A stretch of 58,688 bases of DNA from Perkinsus olseni. Taxonomy: Eukaryota. A program made the translations under genes and the position numbers. This document shows positions 1 through 14,600 of the stretch, piece by piece. How positions within the stretch are numbered: the stretch's first letter is position 1; every line of letters begins with the position of its first letter. Below the pieces are notes generated by a model, which saw only the letters and a list, made by a program, of their open reading frames with translations, made no database searches and was not told where the DNA came from. The DNA is taken from positions 1-58,688 of the forward strand of contig JABANN010000163.1 in the NCBI GenBank assembly GCA_013115125.1, written 5' to 3'.

Positions 1-3000
1 GTAGACATTTAAAGTGATGCCCTTCAATGGCTTTTTCTCTCGGGGCACTTTGAATTTTGGTACCACCGTGCGCTCGTCAATCGTCTCAAGCATGCTGCGA
101 GCTAAGATACCTACCATCCTCCGTCATTCGAGTGAAACATATCGACTCAGGCACCACAACCTCAGTGGACACTTCGCCTGAGAAAGTGATGCGTCATCAT
201 CATCTTTCGTGCGTCTGCGTCGTCTTCACTTTTTCGGAGCGTAACAGTCTGTTTCCATTCGATAGTCTTCTTGTTACGCAGAGAGTAGACTTCCAAGGTG
301 CCGAGAAATGTCCCCACGACGAGCAGCTCTTCCTGCTGCCCATTCACAAACATGGGACTGAACTCGCCTGAAAAGCGAAAGTCGGGGCCCTGAGCAAGCT
401 GAAGTACCCACAGAAGGTCGTGCCACTTTTTCCGCCGTTTACTGGAGTACAGCTACAGAGAAGGACCAGCTTCTGAAGAGAAAATAAACCGGATTGTTTC
501 GTTGAAGAAGGCGGGAAGAACTTCAGGAGAACAAACGGTGGATGACGTAGTTGAACCGCTCAGCATAGAAGAGAATGCTGAATGGCAGGTAGTTACAGGC
601 TACTAGCCAGGAGAGCGGCGCTCATACCACAGTTGACATCGACTGACGATGATCACCATGGACGCAGAGCTTGCTGTTCCAGTATCAGTGTATCATCCGC
701 CCCTACCTCCACAAACCCCTCATAGCTGTATACCGATATCCGACCAGCACAGACGATAGCCAGCACACTGATATCCGGGGCGAACGCAGCATACTCGATA
801 ATGTGACCATCTTCAGACGGCGAGAGGAGCAGTCTAGATGCCCCTTCTAAGGAGTCAACTACATATACCTGAGCCGTTCAGAAACCTCTTCGACCAAACG
901 TACCAGGCGCGAGTGAGTTCGTTAAATGATACTTCCCTCAAGTTCCCGAGAGCACCAATTTTCGAGCTAGGTCTCGCGAAATCGTAAGAACGAATCCAAA
1001 ACGCGTCGCACCGGTCCAGGCCCCCTTCCTGCCTACTCCATCCTCATATACCATGAGCTCCCCATCAGCCAATACTGCCCGCAGGCTCGACGATTCTCCA
1101 CGCAACCAAGGCGACTCTTCGAGCTCCTCTAGAAGCGGACTCTCAGGTGATGGAGCATCAGCCACGAAGACTGCTCGGGTGCACTCGGGGAAAGCGAGGA
1201 GGAGTATTGCACCTTCAAGAGCCAATCTATAATTCCCAATAGAACGCGCTGCTCACCATTCTCGACTTGAACGACGAAAATGTCTTGCGGAGGGTACGGG
1301 CCGACTCGCGCCACCTCAGCTTCCAGTGATACGCGCGGCTGACAAAAATTCACCTTCTATCGGAGTTCACTTGCCTCATTCAATGTGAAATGAGCTTCCA
1401 CACAAATGAGGAAAAAGATTCGTAAGGCATCAAGAAGTACTTTTCGACGAATCTCACCGAAACCTATATCACTGTTGACGAGAATTCATAAACAACGACA
1501 GTTTTCAACATCGGTTCGGAGAGCCACGAACAAGGAATCGGAAATAAAGGGTATTGAACCATAGCGTTATCGAATAAATCCATTTCCCGGAAACAAGATT
1601 CTTTGGCTCTGCACTGCAAGACAGGCACCTTCCTGAGCACGCTATCGAAAATAGAACAGACATACACCCGGCTCTGTAGGCTCACCGAATCCAGCACAAT
1701 AAAGGACAGGCACGACTTAGGGTATTTGCCACTCAGAGCGACTGCCTGAAAGAATCACCCCTTCGCCGATCGCCAGCAGGGCACAATCCCATATTCACAC
1801 TTTACAGCTGTACTGTTCTCTAAGATATAGAAACACTGATATCATACCTCCGACCTCCATGAACTCCGAGGCCAGAAAATCAGTTATCTCCCACTCGGCT
1901 GGAGCGTGTTCCAGCACGCGGCCTCACAGCTACTTCGTGCGTCCCCTCCTATGGATGCGGGTCAGCCGACAGATGCTCAAAGTTTTCAGAAGCCGACGGC
2001 TCCGAGGATCGGAGTCCGAGCCGTTCTTCAAGGCAATTCCACGTGGATGAGCCGTATCAACCAATCGACATCACGCCTTTAGACTTCTCAGCAAGTGAGT
2101 GCCAGAATACGAATCTGTTCATGGAGCTCATCAAAAGCTTACTGTTGAAATTTCTGAATGATGCTCTATTTCTGGACAGGGTAAGCTAGTATCATCGTCA
2201 TCCTTCTGTGCTGGGCCCTTGGGGAGGTTGCTAAACACAGTTAAAGCTTTCTACTGCAGTGGCGTTCCCGAAGAAGGTTCCATTGTTCGACATTCCTGAT
2301 TATCATTTTCCGACTAGTATTGTCTCCTGGGGAAATTTCGAATTTCCATCTCGAATTTGTTCCGCGTGTCATGCGATAAGTGCAGGAAGGTATGAACTTA
2401 CAATACACGTCAGATTCATTTCACAAGACGCAAATAATCCGAGTGGGTTTTCACAGCTTTATTAGCGATCAGCTCTAAGGAATGCCTCCCTTGTCATCAG
2501 TTAAAGCCCTGAACTTCAAGGGGTCACGGTTTCAATCCGCTCCGATGCATCAATGGTCATCGAGTTTGTCACGACGAATAACTGCGGAAAAACCGTCCAC
2601 CACAAAAAAGCTACCGGCCTAGATACTCCATCTCAACTCACCAAATGCGACTGATTGGTGCTGGCAGAAAAGGCCGATCAACAGGAGTGGGCGGCCACGG
2701 CAAGGAAGAGGCTACACGGAGGTCATCGCCCCTGAGGACCGAAAATTCTAGGGAAGCGAAACGGGCGAAAAGACTTACACGTTCCGCTCAATTTTAACGA
2801 GCTGTGAAGGGGCTCCGCACTCACCGACGCACAGGACGTGTCCCTCCTCTCCGACTGGGATCAGCTGGCGAGCCGGACAAGGGTAACTGACGTCTCGTCT
2901 GAGTCCACCAACAGATCCACCACAGGTATTGTTCATACAGGAAATCTTTTCTGTGCGACACTTCCAGGATCTGCCTCCCCCGCGACTCTGCATGCCCTTC

Positions 3001-3680
3001 TGTGCTCATGGAAAAGGACTGAGTCGATGAAATCGTAAGCCAAAGCGGTAAGCACTACGAACCCGCCTGGCACTTTCGGGGAGAAGTCCCAGCAGCGAGC
3101 GAAGTTAAGTGCCGGCTAGACAATAACTCCGGAGGATTGAATAACATCGCCATGGTGACAACCTTGGATTGCCCGATATCACGATCTGCTGACCATTTAT
3201 ATATGGCCCAATGCTTAGCGCTTGGATATATCAGTACGGATACGGAAATGGCTACTAAAACGCTTCGACCAATCCGTAAAGCAAGCCCACCCAAAGCTTC
3301 CCCATCGGGTCCGCCAACAGCACTACTGGCGAACCACTAATGCCAAGGCTAGGTTGCAAGATACAGCTCGTGGCTGTTATCATACCTGAATATTGTTAGG
3401 CATCAAACCTGATCGGATTTCGTTCATGCCGAGGCAAGACTTCTGGCTAGTTTCACACGTGGAGTCTATGCACGCCACAGAGAATCACGCGTATCCACGA
3501 ATACTTGTAGCAGTAACACAGACGAAGCCGCCGTTGGTACTCACCAAGGCAGGCCATATCTTCGGCGCACAACGGCGGTCGTCTCATCGGCGCTACCGGG
3601 GGAAGAGGTGTGCTTTGCACTGACAGCAACGACGCAAGCAGGCATGAGGACAAATAGGTGCGAAATAGAAAACCGTGCAC
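1..3680 (-). CDS. Multi-exon hypothetical protein, beta-propeller-like (possibly DDB1/CPSF-A/WD40 class); boundaries approximate, runs off the window start
   Basis: Minus-strand exon fragments such as EELLVVGTFLGTLEVYSL (162-353) and HIIEYAAFAPDISVLAIVCAGRISVYSYE (~720-810) have beta-strand propeller character and are separated by short GT-AG introns. The family assignment is inference. Confidence 0.4.
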
Positions 3681-3972
3681 ACTCAGTTCAACTCATGCAA
3701 AGGCCTGGCGAGTATCCACTGTATGTTCAGTGATGCGGGAGATATAAAGAATTTGAAACTCACAGCCTTTAGATTTCCACTACCATGTTGCGCAACCTTG
3801 AACATCCCACACTTATTATTTTCACTCAACTACGAAACCAACTCCACTTATCACGGTAACGAATCATTCATTTCAACGTTAGTCCATAACCCTACAATCC
3901 TCCTAACTTTATTTTTCACTGTATTCTTACTCTACCATACCGCCACAACGCGCCTCGTTGAACGAGGTGAGA

Positions 3973-4428
3973 CTAACTCAAACAGGAGAAAGTGCTCCCC
4001 GCCCACCAATCGCGGGCCGAGAGTTGCTCATTCCTCTCAGTGTCGCCCTCCTGGCATTGGTGCCCCACACTGACAAAGATTTCACGAAACGCAGGAGCTG
4101 CGGGGACGGTACCTAGCGGACAACCTTCGGCGATCTCGAGGAGAATTGATGCACCCATCGCGAGCCGCCATATCCCGAAATCCTCTATATCAAATTCCCT
4201 ACGAATGATTCTCAAGCAGAAGTGACAGCAGAGAGAATCAAAGAGGATTTCGGAAAAATATAGAAGTCCTCCGTGAGGCGTAGAAGCCGGCGGGTAGGCT
4301 ACAATGCTGCCCGGCGGGGGAGGATCTTCTATCAAAGCTCCTCGGCCATCCTTCTCTTCTTCCAGCAGACGACACCTCTCATCGTATCTTAGCGGAGCGA
4401 AGCAGATGCTGATGCTGACGCTAGGCAT
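3973..4428 (-). CDS. Hypothetical protein, 151 aa, apparently single exon
   Basis: ATG-initiated open frame with protein-like composition. No recognised domain. Confidence 0.3.
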   Translation of the reverse strand: MPSVSISICFAPLRYDERCRLLEEEKDGRGALIEDPPPPGSIVAYPPASTPHGGLLYFSEILFDSLCCHFCLRIIRREFDIEDFGIWRLAMGASILLEIAEGCPLGTVPAAPAFREIFVSVGHQCQEGDTERNEQLSARDWWAGSTFSCLS

Positions 4429-5399
4429 GAGAGCAGCTCACCGTTTGCTTCCAACAGTGTCGGCGCTCGCCCCGCGTAGCGCCACTCGGTGGGCTGACCA
4501 TTGTGACCTGATCATCAATGTCCGTAACGAACCAAAACTCTCCGACTGCAGAAAATCAGTTTCATACTTCTAGAACGTTCAAATTTCAACTATCATTTTT
4601 CTGCATATCCTTGGCGCAGGTATATAGAACTCAATTGAGAAAAGATGATACCCCTCCTAGTCCGATTCGAATTAATTTTGCCACCTGCCAACATCGCCGA
4701 AAAAGTTGATGATCCCGCCATCCTTCCCTGGTGAATACCCTTCAATTTTCAACAGCATCATGTCGCAAACCGCGACAACGAACTTGCCATCCCCTCCCAC
4801 CATCAAAGATAGTGGCGTCGAGTTGGATCCAGGGGAATCTAATTAAACCGTCTCAGCGAATAAAAGTGAGTGCAACCCACCTGCAACAGCCGCGATACGG
4901 AGGCTGCTGTTCATGATGCTAGTGTGAGTAACTGGGGGAAATTCGGCTTGGAGTGGTATGCACAACGCGCATGCAAACGGGAATCGTTCAACCGGCATTG
5001 CTGTTGAGAGTGAGACGCAATTTCGACAAAGTTCAAAGTCGAAGACGGAAGATTCAAGTCATCAGCCTCACTTGATGGGTCAACCAGGAGAGTTATCGTC
5101 GTATACGAAGGAGCTGCCAATACGCATATCGTGGCTCCGTTGAATGGGGAACACAGCGCAACCTGATTGGAATCGCCTAGGAAGAGAGTGTATCATTGCA
5201 ACGAAGAAATTCTGATCAATGCCATCCATTCAATCCTTATCAATTCGCACCCCACCCCTGGCTTGAGTGTGAGTTCGCCAGAAAATTGGACTGCAAGCTG
5301 AACAATCGTGGTTTGCCACGTGCCGGATAGATCTCGCAGTGTCCAGCCTCGCATTCATCGTTCCATCAGGATCATCGAAAAATCTCTAGATCGTTCGAG

Positions 5400-8300
5400 G
5401 GTACTGTAGCTTGTCCACCAACGGCAGTGGTACACCACTGGCAAAGCCCACTACCATTCTGGCGTTCGAAGCATTGTTATCACTGAGTGGTTGGTCCGAA
5501 CAGTGTTTCGAATCTCGACACTGATAAATTGTTACTGCTCGTTCTCATTGACTTGCTGCACGCCACCAGCATTTGCAGGCATTTTGAAGAGACACTCAAC
5601 TACCCGTTTCCCCTACTGCTAAGCCATCCTCAAACAGGCACAGATCTCGGATAGCCCCCGAAAGCGCCATCCTTTCTGAACGCTTCGTAGTGAGTCCCTT
5701 CAAGTTAATCACTTGGCTGAACTCGGCTGTCACATACTCCGGACCGGCCGTTGCTGGAAAAGAAACTCGAGTAAGATTTGTGCGGTACAAAGCTACCTCC
5801 TGACTGAGCCATTTGAACATCATTGTCTCGCGGGATTGGGATGAGCGAAGACAGCAGTATCTGAAAACCGGTGAGCCTAGTATCTTTGCTTGACCATTAG
5901 CGAAAACCGTCGGCAGCGATTGCAGTCATCGCAGCGCCCACCTTCTCCGAAACAGCCGAACGGACGAGTATCATCTCTCCTGCTGTTCCCGATTGGCGAA
6001 GGTCCCACACGCCCGTGGGGACGAAATTGAAATCTGCAGATTCTTTCGTGTGGCCAAAACGGTTAGATGCTGATACGGACCTTCGTGCTTGAATGGCCTG
6101 ACTTCTCTCACAACGAAGCCGGTATCCGAGCTCATCCACTGCACTATAAACAGTGTTCCCTCTGGCGTCAACAGCATCACCTAACACGGTAGTTCGAGGA
6201 CTATGCGCGAGTGCAATCTTCATCTGCAATCGCTAGGGGTTACAAGCTCAGCTGAAAATTACTTTTCGCATTGCTCGGGAGCAATGCATGCCCATATATC
6301 ACGCGGAGTTATGATCTGTCTTCATGAAGGTAAGAAAAAGTTCCACCCATGATTTCAACTATGCTCGACCGAGACACATTTGACACAAATAAGTACAGGT
6401 AATACCGTGACGAGGAAAGATAAAGTTAACTTGGCAATTCACCGTAGCTTTCAGTTTGCAACTGCATTATACGAGGGCAAAAACGCATCACTGTCGCCAT
6501 GAAGATGACAAGAATCGTTTAGAGGAGCTTCAAAGGTAATAGCGGATACTCGGACTGTCCGAGTATCCGCTATTACCTTTGAAGCCCGAGTCGGACAATA
6601 TTCCTCATCGAGAGTCAATGAGAAGAACAACAACGATACTCGTCCAGTTTTTCCTAATTTGGCAAATGAGATTATTGATTATTTTTCGTCAACGCTTTGG
6701 GCGTGAGGCAGAGCGGAGTCATTAACATAGTATTGGCAACTGTGAATTTACTGTAAACCAGTAAATTCCCAAAAGCTGAGAAATATCTTACCGCATCTAC
6801 AGGGCAGCCAAGGTTGACCTTCTTAGCCGCGATTATGTGAGAAGTATTCTCCCCTAGTAGCCGCTGTTCCCACACAGCGGGCATGGGCATCCGTGTGTCT
6901 CGAACTTCCATCAACTGAGGAATCATCAACGGTGATTAACAGCTCGTTTGAGCTCCAACTCCAGTTGAAGCAAAGGAAAAGGAAAGGATAGGAAAAATTC
7001 CACTCGAAACCAACTCCATAGTTTGCAAAGAGAAACGCAACCTGCTGAAAATTAGGGTACCAATACCGCCTGAGCTGAGTCGCGACAGATTGTATTCACC
7101 TTGACATCGGACAGTGTTACAATACAAAGGAAGCCCGCAAGTCTGAATAGGCCTTTCGATGGAAGGCTTTCCACAAATCATCTGATAGTCAATTAATATC
7201 GATCTTCGCAGAGCGCTCACGAAATCAGCACATCAGCGAGCTAGCCAACTAGCCGGTTCCGGAGTTGGACTATGAACAAAGACACACGCCTTACAAGATC
7301 CCGCTGATCATGAAGAGCTGATTATAAACTTGGAGATGGATCTCCTGATTGATAAGAGTAGATCCGTCGTATTGATACAGTCGTTCGGGCTGCAGAACTA
7401 GGGGAGTTTTTATACCGAGCCCGCGCGCCAACTAATACAGTAGTAGTTATTATCGTGCCAACAGTCGTTGGCACAGTTACAGATTATCATTTATACAACA
7501 ATATGAGATGCAATATGGGGCTTCCCTCATGCGAGGGAATCGCTGCTGATATGAAAATGAATATCGCTTTCCCGCTCCACTGACCGCGCTTCCATAGCAG
7601 ACAAAAATCTGGTCTCTTTCCGATGAATGACTGGACGTGGATGAATCTGTATGCTCGAGCGAGAGGTCGACGAAGAAGCCAACCTGAGGGATGACCACCG
7701 TGTCTTCTGTACTCGCTAAACAAAACTGAACGGAGGGTTATGAGGAGATTGGCAAAACGTCCTACTCATCGTTGTTTCCGAGTTAGGTCCCTCTTCAAAA
7801 GAACCTTCCGTAACGCTTTCTAATATGCTGGAGCCACCGAAAAATAATATCAGCGAGTTTCTTTAATTCGGCAATTTCTTGCGGAAGCACTTTGCTTTCT
7901 CAAAATGCTCGTCAAAAGAACAGATTACGTGTGGTGTGATACTCGATGCTTGTTCTTTAAATCACAGATGCACGAGCAGATAAAAGAGAAAGAAAACTAC
8001 GAGCGGGCATCGGGAAATTTATCATGGCTACCGCCGTTGCATTGATAACTGATGGCTCCACCAAACGCTCAGAGATCCAAACATCGGCATCCCAACAAGG
8101 AGTGGGGTACTCCGTGGCCATCTTACGTAAGCTGCGGGAGAAAGAGCTGCACGCGATTCAGGGATCTGAGCATTATTGCCCCTGTTTGGTTTTCCCGGTC
8201 GAGCACACGAATCATCTCGATACGCGATTTCTCACGAGCTTCGATGCGAATGCTTTCGGGCTCTCGGATTGCAATATTCACACCGCTGTCATTTTTTGGC

Positions 8301-11050
8301 CTCTATCCAGGATAACCAAGCCACGAAAGAACTAACACGGCACACCGGTGATAACAACATAAAAAAGATGAACAACACCCAATTTGGTAATCATGAGCAA
8401 TAGCTGGCAACAACACCTACAATCCTACTCCTCATCTGCATGACAGTCTCGAGCAGTGTTGACAGCGACGCAGGAGTTGTTGAAAATATCTCGCTATTCA
8501 TCTCAGCACCCCCCGAACGGACGGTGAGTTAGGACCGTACCCCAATCCTGCCCCAGACGGTGGCACAACATCCTGAGCAAGGATACATTCTGGGTTGGGA
8601 AGCTGCAAGTACACGAGCGAGACTGAGGAGCGAGATACCCTCGGCGATATGAAATTTTCCAAGTGAATTGGATAGGGTACAACTGAACCCCAAAGCTAAA
8701 CTAGAGGCTTCCCTCCCCTTGGACTTCCTATAGATGAGTCGATGATGAACAGTCACAACGAAATCGAATGAACGTGTCTTCCATTTTAGCAACTCAGCGA
8801 GAGCTGCCCTCAGAGTGCTTGAGGCGGAACCGAGGAAAAGTGAACATCTCAATCAATTGCCCGTGCGAAAGAAAGGAGAAATGCCTCTACGTATTACTGA
8901 CCATTCGCGAGCAAGATATCTTCTCGGCAAGTGCAATTCTATATGGAACTCGTGCTTCGAACCTTTTTTTCTTAACAATTACTGAAGTCACCGCTACAGA
9001 GAACGAGAAGAACGGAAGAGAAAATCCTCTTCACCATACATGACGAATTCACACAAATGGAGATGTGAAAACGCCGGGAACACTTTCTACCAGGATATTT
9101 GATAACTATACAAACATCCTCATTGAGGATGCGCAGATGCTCGTATAGTTATCTACTTCAACTGTCTTTAGGCTTTCTTCAACACCCTGACCTACTTCAG
9201 CAGATCTGTACATGACGAAGCGCTTCGGGTTACCGTAGGCGGCAGCGTAGGAGCTCAGAAAGGTAGCATCATCGCCGTATCTTGCGGCAGAGTGTGCAGC
9301 CTTCTTCCCCTGTCGCAAAGGTGCTCACCCTTCATCATCTCTCCTAACTTCTTGAGCCTTCCCAATTGAGCTTGGGAACTCTGTCGAACCTGTGATAGCG
9401 CTTCGTAGTTTCCCGCTATGATCACATCCGTCGCTTTGTCTGTCGCAGACTATGTTATTATATTGCGACCGTGCCATATATGTATGGTGAAATAAAAAAT
9501 GGGAATAGATTTTCCGGAGATGAAATTATGGTGTTCAAATCATTGCCACAACCGTCGACTGAGATACGAGAGCTGGAAGCATCGTGAGTGCGCGCACCGT
9601 CCTGCGTTCAATGGTAGAAATGGAATGTGAGTTCGAGACTGCCAACCTGGTCTTGCCGAACTGAGAAATCTCGTGTCTGTCTACTTCGCTAGGCAACCTA
9701 TTCATGTGAGAATGCTAGTCGCGGATCCTTCACCGTCGAGTGTTTCGCTTCCCGACGAAACGCTTTTCCCTCGACCAACAAGACTCACTCCGGTCGCTTC
9801 GTTGCTGTTCACATATTGTCTGTGGCGTCGAAGTACTTTTACCGACGCTCCTCTGCGGCAGTGGTGTAGGTGCGAGCTCAAGGGCAGGACCGAAGCTAAG
9901 ACCAAAAAATCGACTACGTTTCTTCGAGCCCCGCAGGGTTACGTGGGTCGGTCCATGTCCCTCGTAGGTCGATCGGGAGCTGGTATGCTATACCCAAACT
10001 TATTTTGAACTCCGGGTGAATGACCAGCGTATCCCGGGGGGTAGGGACCTCGCACCTGAGCAAGTTAGCGGACGATGAGTCAATGTAACAAATGACGAAG
10101 CTCTCGGTGAGGCGCGATAGTACGACGAATGACAATATAGTCAATGGTAAATCCGTCAACATACATACCCGTCAAAATCGTTCAAAAACTGGCTGCTAGA
10201 GCCGACAGATAGCCTGGCCGGGAGATGAAGTGGACACTCCGAGGTGGCCTGTCCGACGGGCTCCGCCATCGGGCAAATTCGACTACTCATCGTCGATGAG
10301 TAGGGGTCAGGGGTTTCGATGAGTCATCGAAGCAAATCTCACATTTTCGTCCAAAGAGGAAGCGCTTCAAACACGAATTACTACCCAGATGACGAGCTAG
10401 GTCTTGTATCTCAGTGATTCCGTAGTATCATCATGTTGCTACGTCATATGAACGACATTTATTATTTCGAGCACCGCTCTATTCCTGGCTGAGAGGTTCC
10501 CGACGGCTCAACCGAGAGTCTCGCCTTTTGCGAATAAAATTTCCTTGAAGATACGTAATAAAACGGGATTTTCGTCATGTGAATAGCTAAACGACCCCTG
10601 CATTTCCAGTTCTCTTCCCACCTGGTCTTCAACGTCGTACGCTGCGATGTAGGTGGTAGCATAGGCTCCCTTCGGCGGCGATTTAGACACTTCGGGTATC
10701 CTCTGACCGCACACGGGCCACCAACCGGCAGTATCCATATCGATAGGCATTTTTCAAACTGAACAAGTCGAGCACCAATTCGAGGGTTAAGTAGACATTT
10801 CCCGAGTGCTCGGCGGAACTTAAGAGACGCAGCCAAAGATGGAATTGAGCTGTACCTGGGCGAGCGCTTTTCCAAAAGCGCATTTTGTGCTTCGGTTAGT
10901 TGCCGAGACCGCGAGGAGAGGATGAGCGGATGTAATGCCTGGGATATGGGATCTATAGTAGTATCGTTGCGCTTTATGGTGTGTACTGGAGAGTCTCAAG
11001 GTGACGCTTGGGCGGTATCTTCGTGGCTGAGACTGTAGTAGTCAAACTTC
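5400..11050 (-). CDS. One or more multi-exon hypothetical proteins; boundaries approximate
   Basis: Protein-like minus-strand fragments (5596-5823, 6672-6929, 9106-9318, 10508-10750) bounded by minus-strand splice signals. No domain recognised. Confidence 0.3.
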
Positions 11051-11690
11051 AATCTTCGACTCTACTATTGAAAAGCAAGATACACCTTTCTGATAGAGTT
11101 TGGATGATAACCCGTGAAGTGTAAGATGGTCTCGGGAACAAAACCCTTATTGTAAACTTCCTACCCGAATCTTGAGAAAGCGTGAAGAGGGTACCTTGTA
11201 ATTCACTCCCAGTGACGAATAAATTTGCGAGAAAGTGCATAATGACGGAAACAATTTTACGGCCATATCTTTGCTCTGTGCCTGAGCTCATCTATCTCAG
11301 TTGCGCGGAGAATACTGAATTATACAGCAAGTTTGCGGACGAGGTTCTTGTCGTTAATATTAAATCGCCAGGTGAGGAGGCCGGGGATGGACTGACTCCA
11401 CTAAATAGTAGAAATTATTATCCCAAATACTACTCACATATATTACTTCGTATTTCGAAGTTCACAATCGTAGCAGAACTTCGATTTTTGCGTCCTGCGC
11501 ATGAATACGCGGTGAGGACTCTGATTGTGGTCTATTTACAATTTAGTTACGCGTGGTGTAGGGATATTGAAAGGGAATCGAATCCTTATTCGAAGGAGGC
11601 TCTAACCCAAGCCAGCATTCTTTTCAGGGCGCTCGGCGATGGTTCGATCAAGGTCATGCCGTTATACCACTCGGCGATCCAGATGTGGAA

Positions 11691-14600
11691 ATGGACAGTA
11701 AAGACCGCCCCCTCGCTGCTTCCGAGGAGCACCAGGAAATTCCTTTGAAAGAGGTAAACTTGCATCGGTATAAATGGCGTGTTCGCCATTGACGATTGAA
11801 AGCTGTACAACAGCGCCGTGTCCTGAGAGAGAGCGCTCGTGCTGCGGATGGGAGAGCACTGGTGAGGAATGCGCGCTCCTTGAAGATGAGGGTTGCGAAA
11901 TATAACAACCTGTGAGCGTAGTGGTAGATAAAATAAGGGAGAACATGATGTCTCGTGATCTCGCTCTTTTCATCGAGTTCATCGTCCTGATCAGCGTATT
12001 GCCAGTGGATTCGTAGCGATAACATGATATTATTGACTAACTAGAACTTTCAGGTCAACGAATCTGTGCCGGCGTCCATTCCTCGGTTTTGTGTTCTAGG
12101 ATCGCTCACCTAGCACTCACGTATCGTTATTTCACTCCTCGTTTTTCGTATTGCTTTTCCGCTCAGCGCCTTACGATCTTCATGGACTCCAAGAACGTGC
12201 AGATCTTCATGACTATCGTCACCATTTTCGCTCTCTACGGTGATGACTTCAGAATCTTCGCAACGTAGGAGCTGCCAATCTTTTTTGTCATGGCGTAAAA
12301 CTCTAGATACAAGGCGGCGGATCCGGCTTTTTACGCCTCCTTCATAGTCGCGTTGATTCTCCTTGTTATAGAGCTCAGCATCAACTCGGTCATCCTGGAA
12401 GAGTAAAGAGGAGTGCCTTCAGAGGGCAGTCTCCGGATTTATAGCGACAGTTACAAGTGGTCGTTCTTCTTCTGGCTGGATTGTGTTGCAACGGTCTCGC
12501 TGATCCCCGACATTGGATGGATAACTGATTTCCTCGCTAGCCTCTATGAAATAGGTGAGTTGAGGTTGTGGGTTCAAATCCCACGGGTGATATCTTCAGG
12601 GGACTCGATGGGTCAAGGGGGAGGAGGGCAGAGCGGAGTAGCCAGAGCAGGCCGAGCATCCCGCGCGGGTGATGCACTGACTTCTAGAAGCAACGTGATC
12701 ACGGACTTTTCCAGGCTCGCGGGCAGGCCGGATAGTGCGCCTTGTCCGACTCGTGCGGCTACTCCGCGTCGTCAATCTTGCCAAGCTCTTCAGGAGTGAG
12801 CTCGTTGAGGATGACTGGGAGTCGTGTCCGCTTCTCGGGAGAGCTCTGGCTGGTTCGCTTGTGGCATTCTCTTCGTTTTGTTGAAATGGTGTGTATTACT
12901 CACTTTGCGTTATCATGAATACTGAAGGATTTACTGAGTGATGCCCCACGCCGTCCTAGCGCTCCCTTCCATTTTCACTGTGAGGAAGGTACATAAGCGG
13001 AGTAAAAAGTAGTTGGCGATATTTCAGGAGGCGAGAAAAAGTCGGAGCTGGATAACGAAGATGAGGAGATAAGCGATGCTGGAGACAAGGTCCTATCGGG
13101 ATTCGAACCCGAGTCGCTGGATTCAAAGTCCAGAGTGCTAACCACTACACTATAGGACCACGATTCTCTTACCGTTGGACATCAGCTCACCATTAAGGTG
13201 CACAGCCATACAGTCCTTTCCAACGAAGCGCCCTCGAATAAGCAGCGCATTGAAGCCAGCCGGCTGGGGAAGATTCTGAGTGAGCAGACGATTCGGAGGG
13301 TCATCATCGGTGTAAGACATCACTAGGGTCCCAAGGGGCGATGGTTTCGTTACCAACTTGGTAGATCCGGTTGGACTAGTTTATTCACTGACTGTTCAGG
13401 TGCTGTCGATGATGCTAGCATTGCCCTTGATCGAATTACCGGAGAGCAACCTTGCTTTCGAGACTGGCCTGGAGCAGCTCTTCTGGGCTGGCAGGAGCGC
13501 CTGCGGTATAACATCTTCGACAGGCGTCGCCACTGATGACTGCCTCCTATTCAGGATCTGCCCGCGATTTTATCTCTCTGGCGCAAGGCTCGAGCAACGT
13601 TTCAACCGCTTGTGAGAGCTCGTTAGAGAAGGCCCATTTCAGCCTGGATGGGTGGAAATTCATGATCTACGAGTAGGTATCGATCCTGAGAAAACGCTTG
13701 GATACTCATGGTTTGGCACGATCACCTCCGGCGCTCAGCAGCCACATAAAATCTCTAAACGGCTATCCAATAGGGATCATACTTCGTTTCGGTTCTGATG
13801 TTGCTCTGCTATCTCTGACATTGAGAAGGAAACCGATTTCACTATGCGAATAATTCGCGCACGACTCTGCTGAGCTTCTGTTCGAAACACTGAGTCATGA
13901 CGTCGTTCCGTTGGGCAGCATCGAAACTGTTTGGCTCAGCGGAGCCGAACTCGCTTCATTTTTGGACGCGTTGAGGCTATACTACTTCCATAGCAGGTAC
14001 TCGCAACTGTCTCGGTCGAGTGAGGATCGAGACGCATTAGTTAACGAGCCTCTGTTGTGGCTGCAAATACCGGACTTACAAGCGGATCCTCCCGGGAGAA
14101 TTAGAAGCATAACGTGAGGGGAGAACGAGCCTCGAGTATCGTGTCGAGAGTAGTTCTCATGGACCATTTCTTTAAGGAGCGTGTTCTCCTATGATTTGCT
14201 GGCTTGAGTCGGGTCTAAGCTCGATGATCGCACAAGTATCTTCGTCGGACTTCAGCGAGACAACCAGTCTCCTCGCTTCCGCTCAGTTACGTCGAAACTT
14301 CGCGTTGTCATCCGTCAGCGGCGAACACATACAGCCTTGACTTCAGAATTCCGACGAACGGCCTGCCGGGTGGATTCCACACTTGTTGTATGTAGCATAC
14401 AAGCTGTCGGGATCGAACTTACGCACTGTTAGGTCTTGGAACGAGCACTCCATGTTGTTGCTGGCGAGCCCATACCAACTGTGGGTTCGGCGCTGATGAA
14501 GTGGATGCTGGAGACTGTCCGTGGAGAGACAATGAAATACGTGAAGTCACGTGAGAAGCTGCGCTCTCGTCTGGAGAGGGATCACTCACTGCGCCAAAGA

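Noticed and set aside
11182-11748. 188-aa plus-strand ORF
   Set aside because: Non-ATG start, no domain, and it overlaps the cyclase 5' region in a different frame. Likely spurious.
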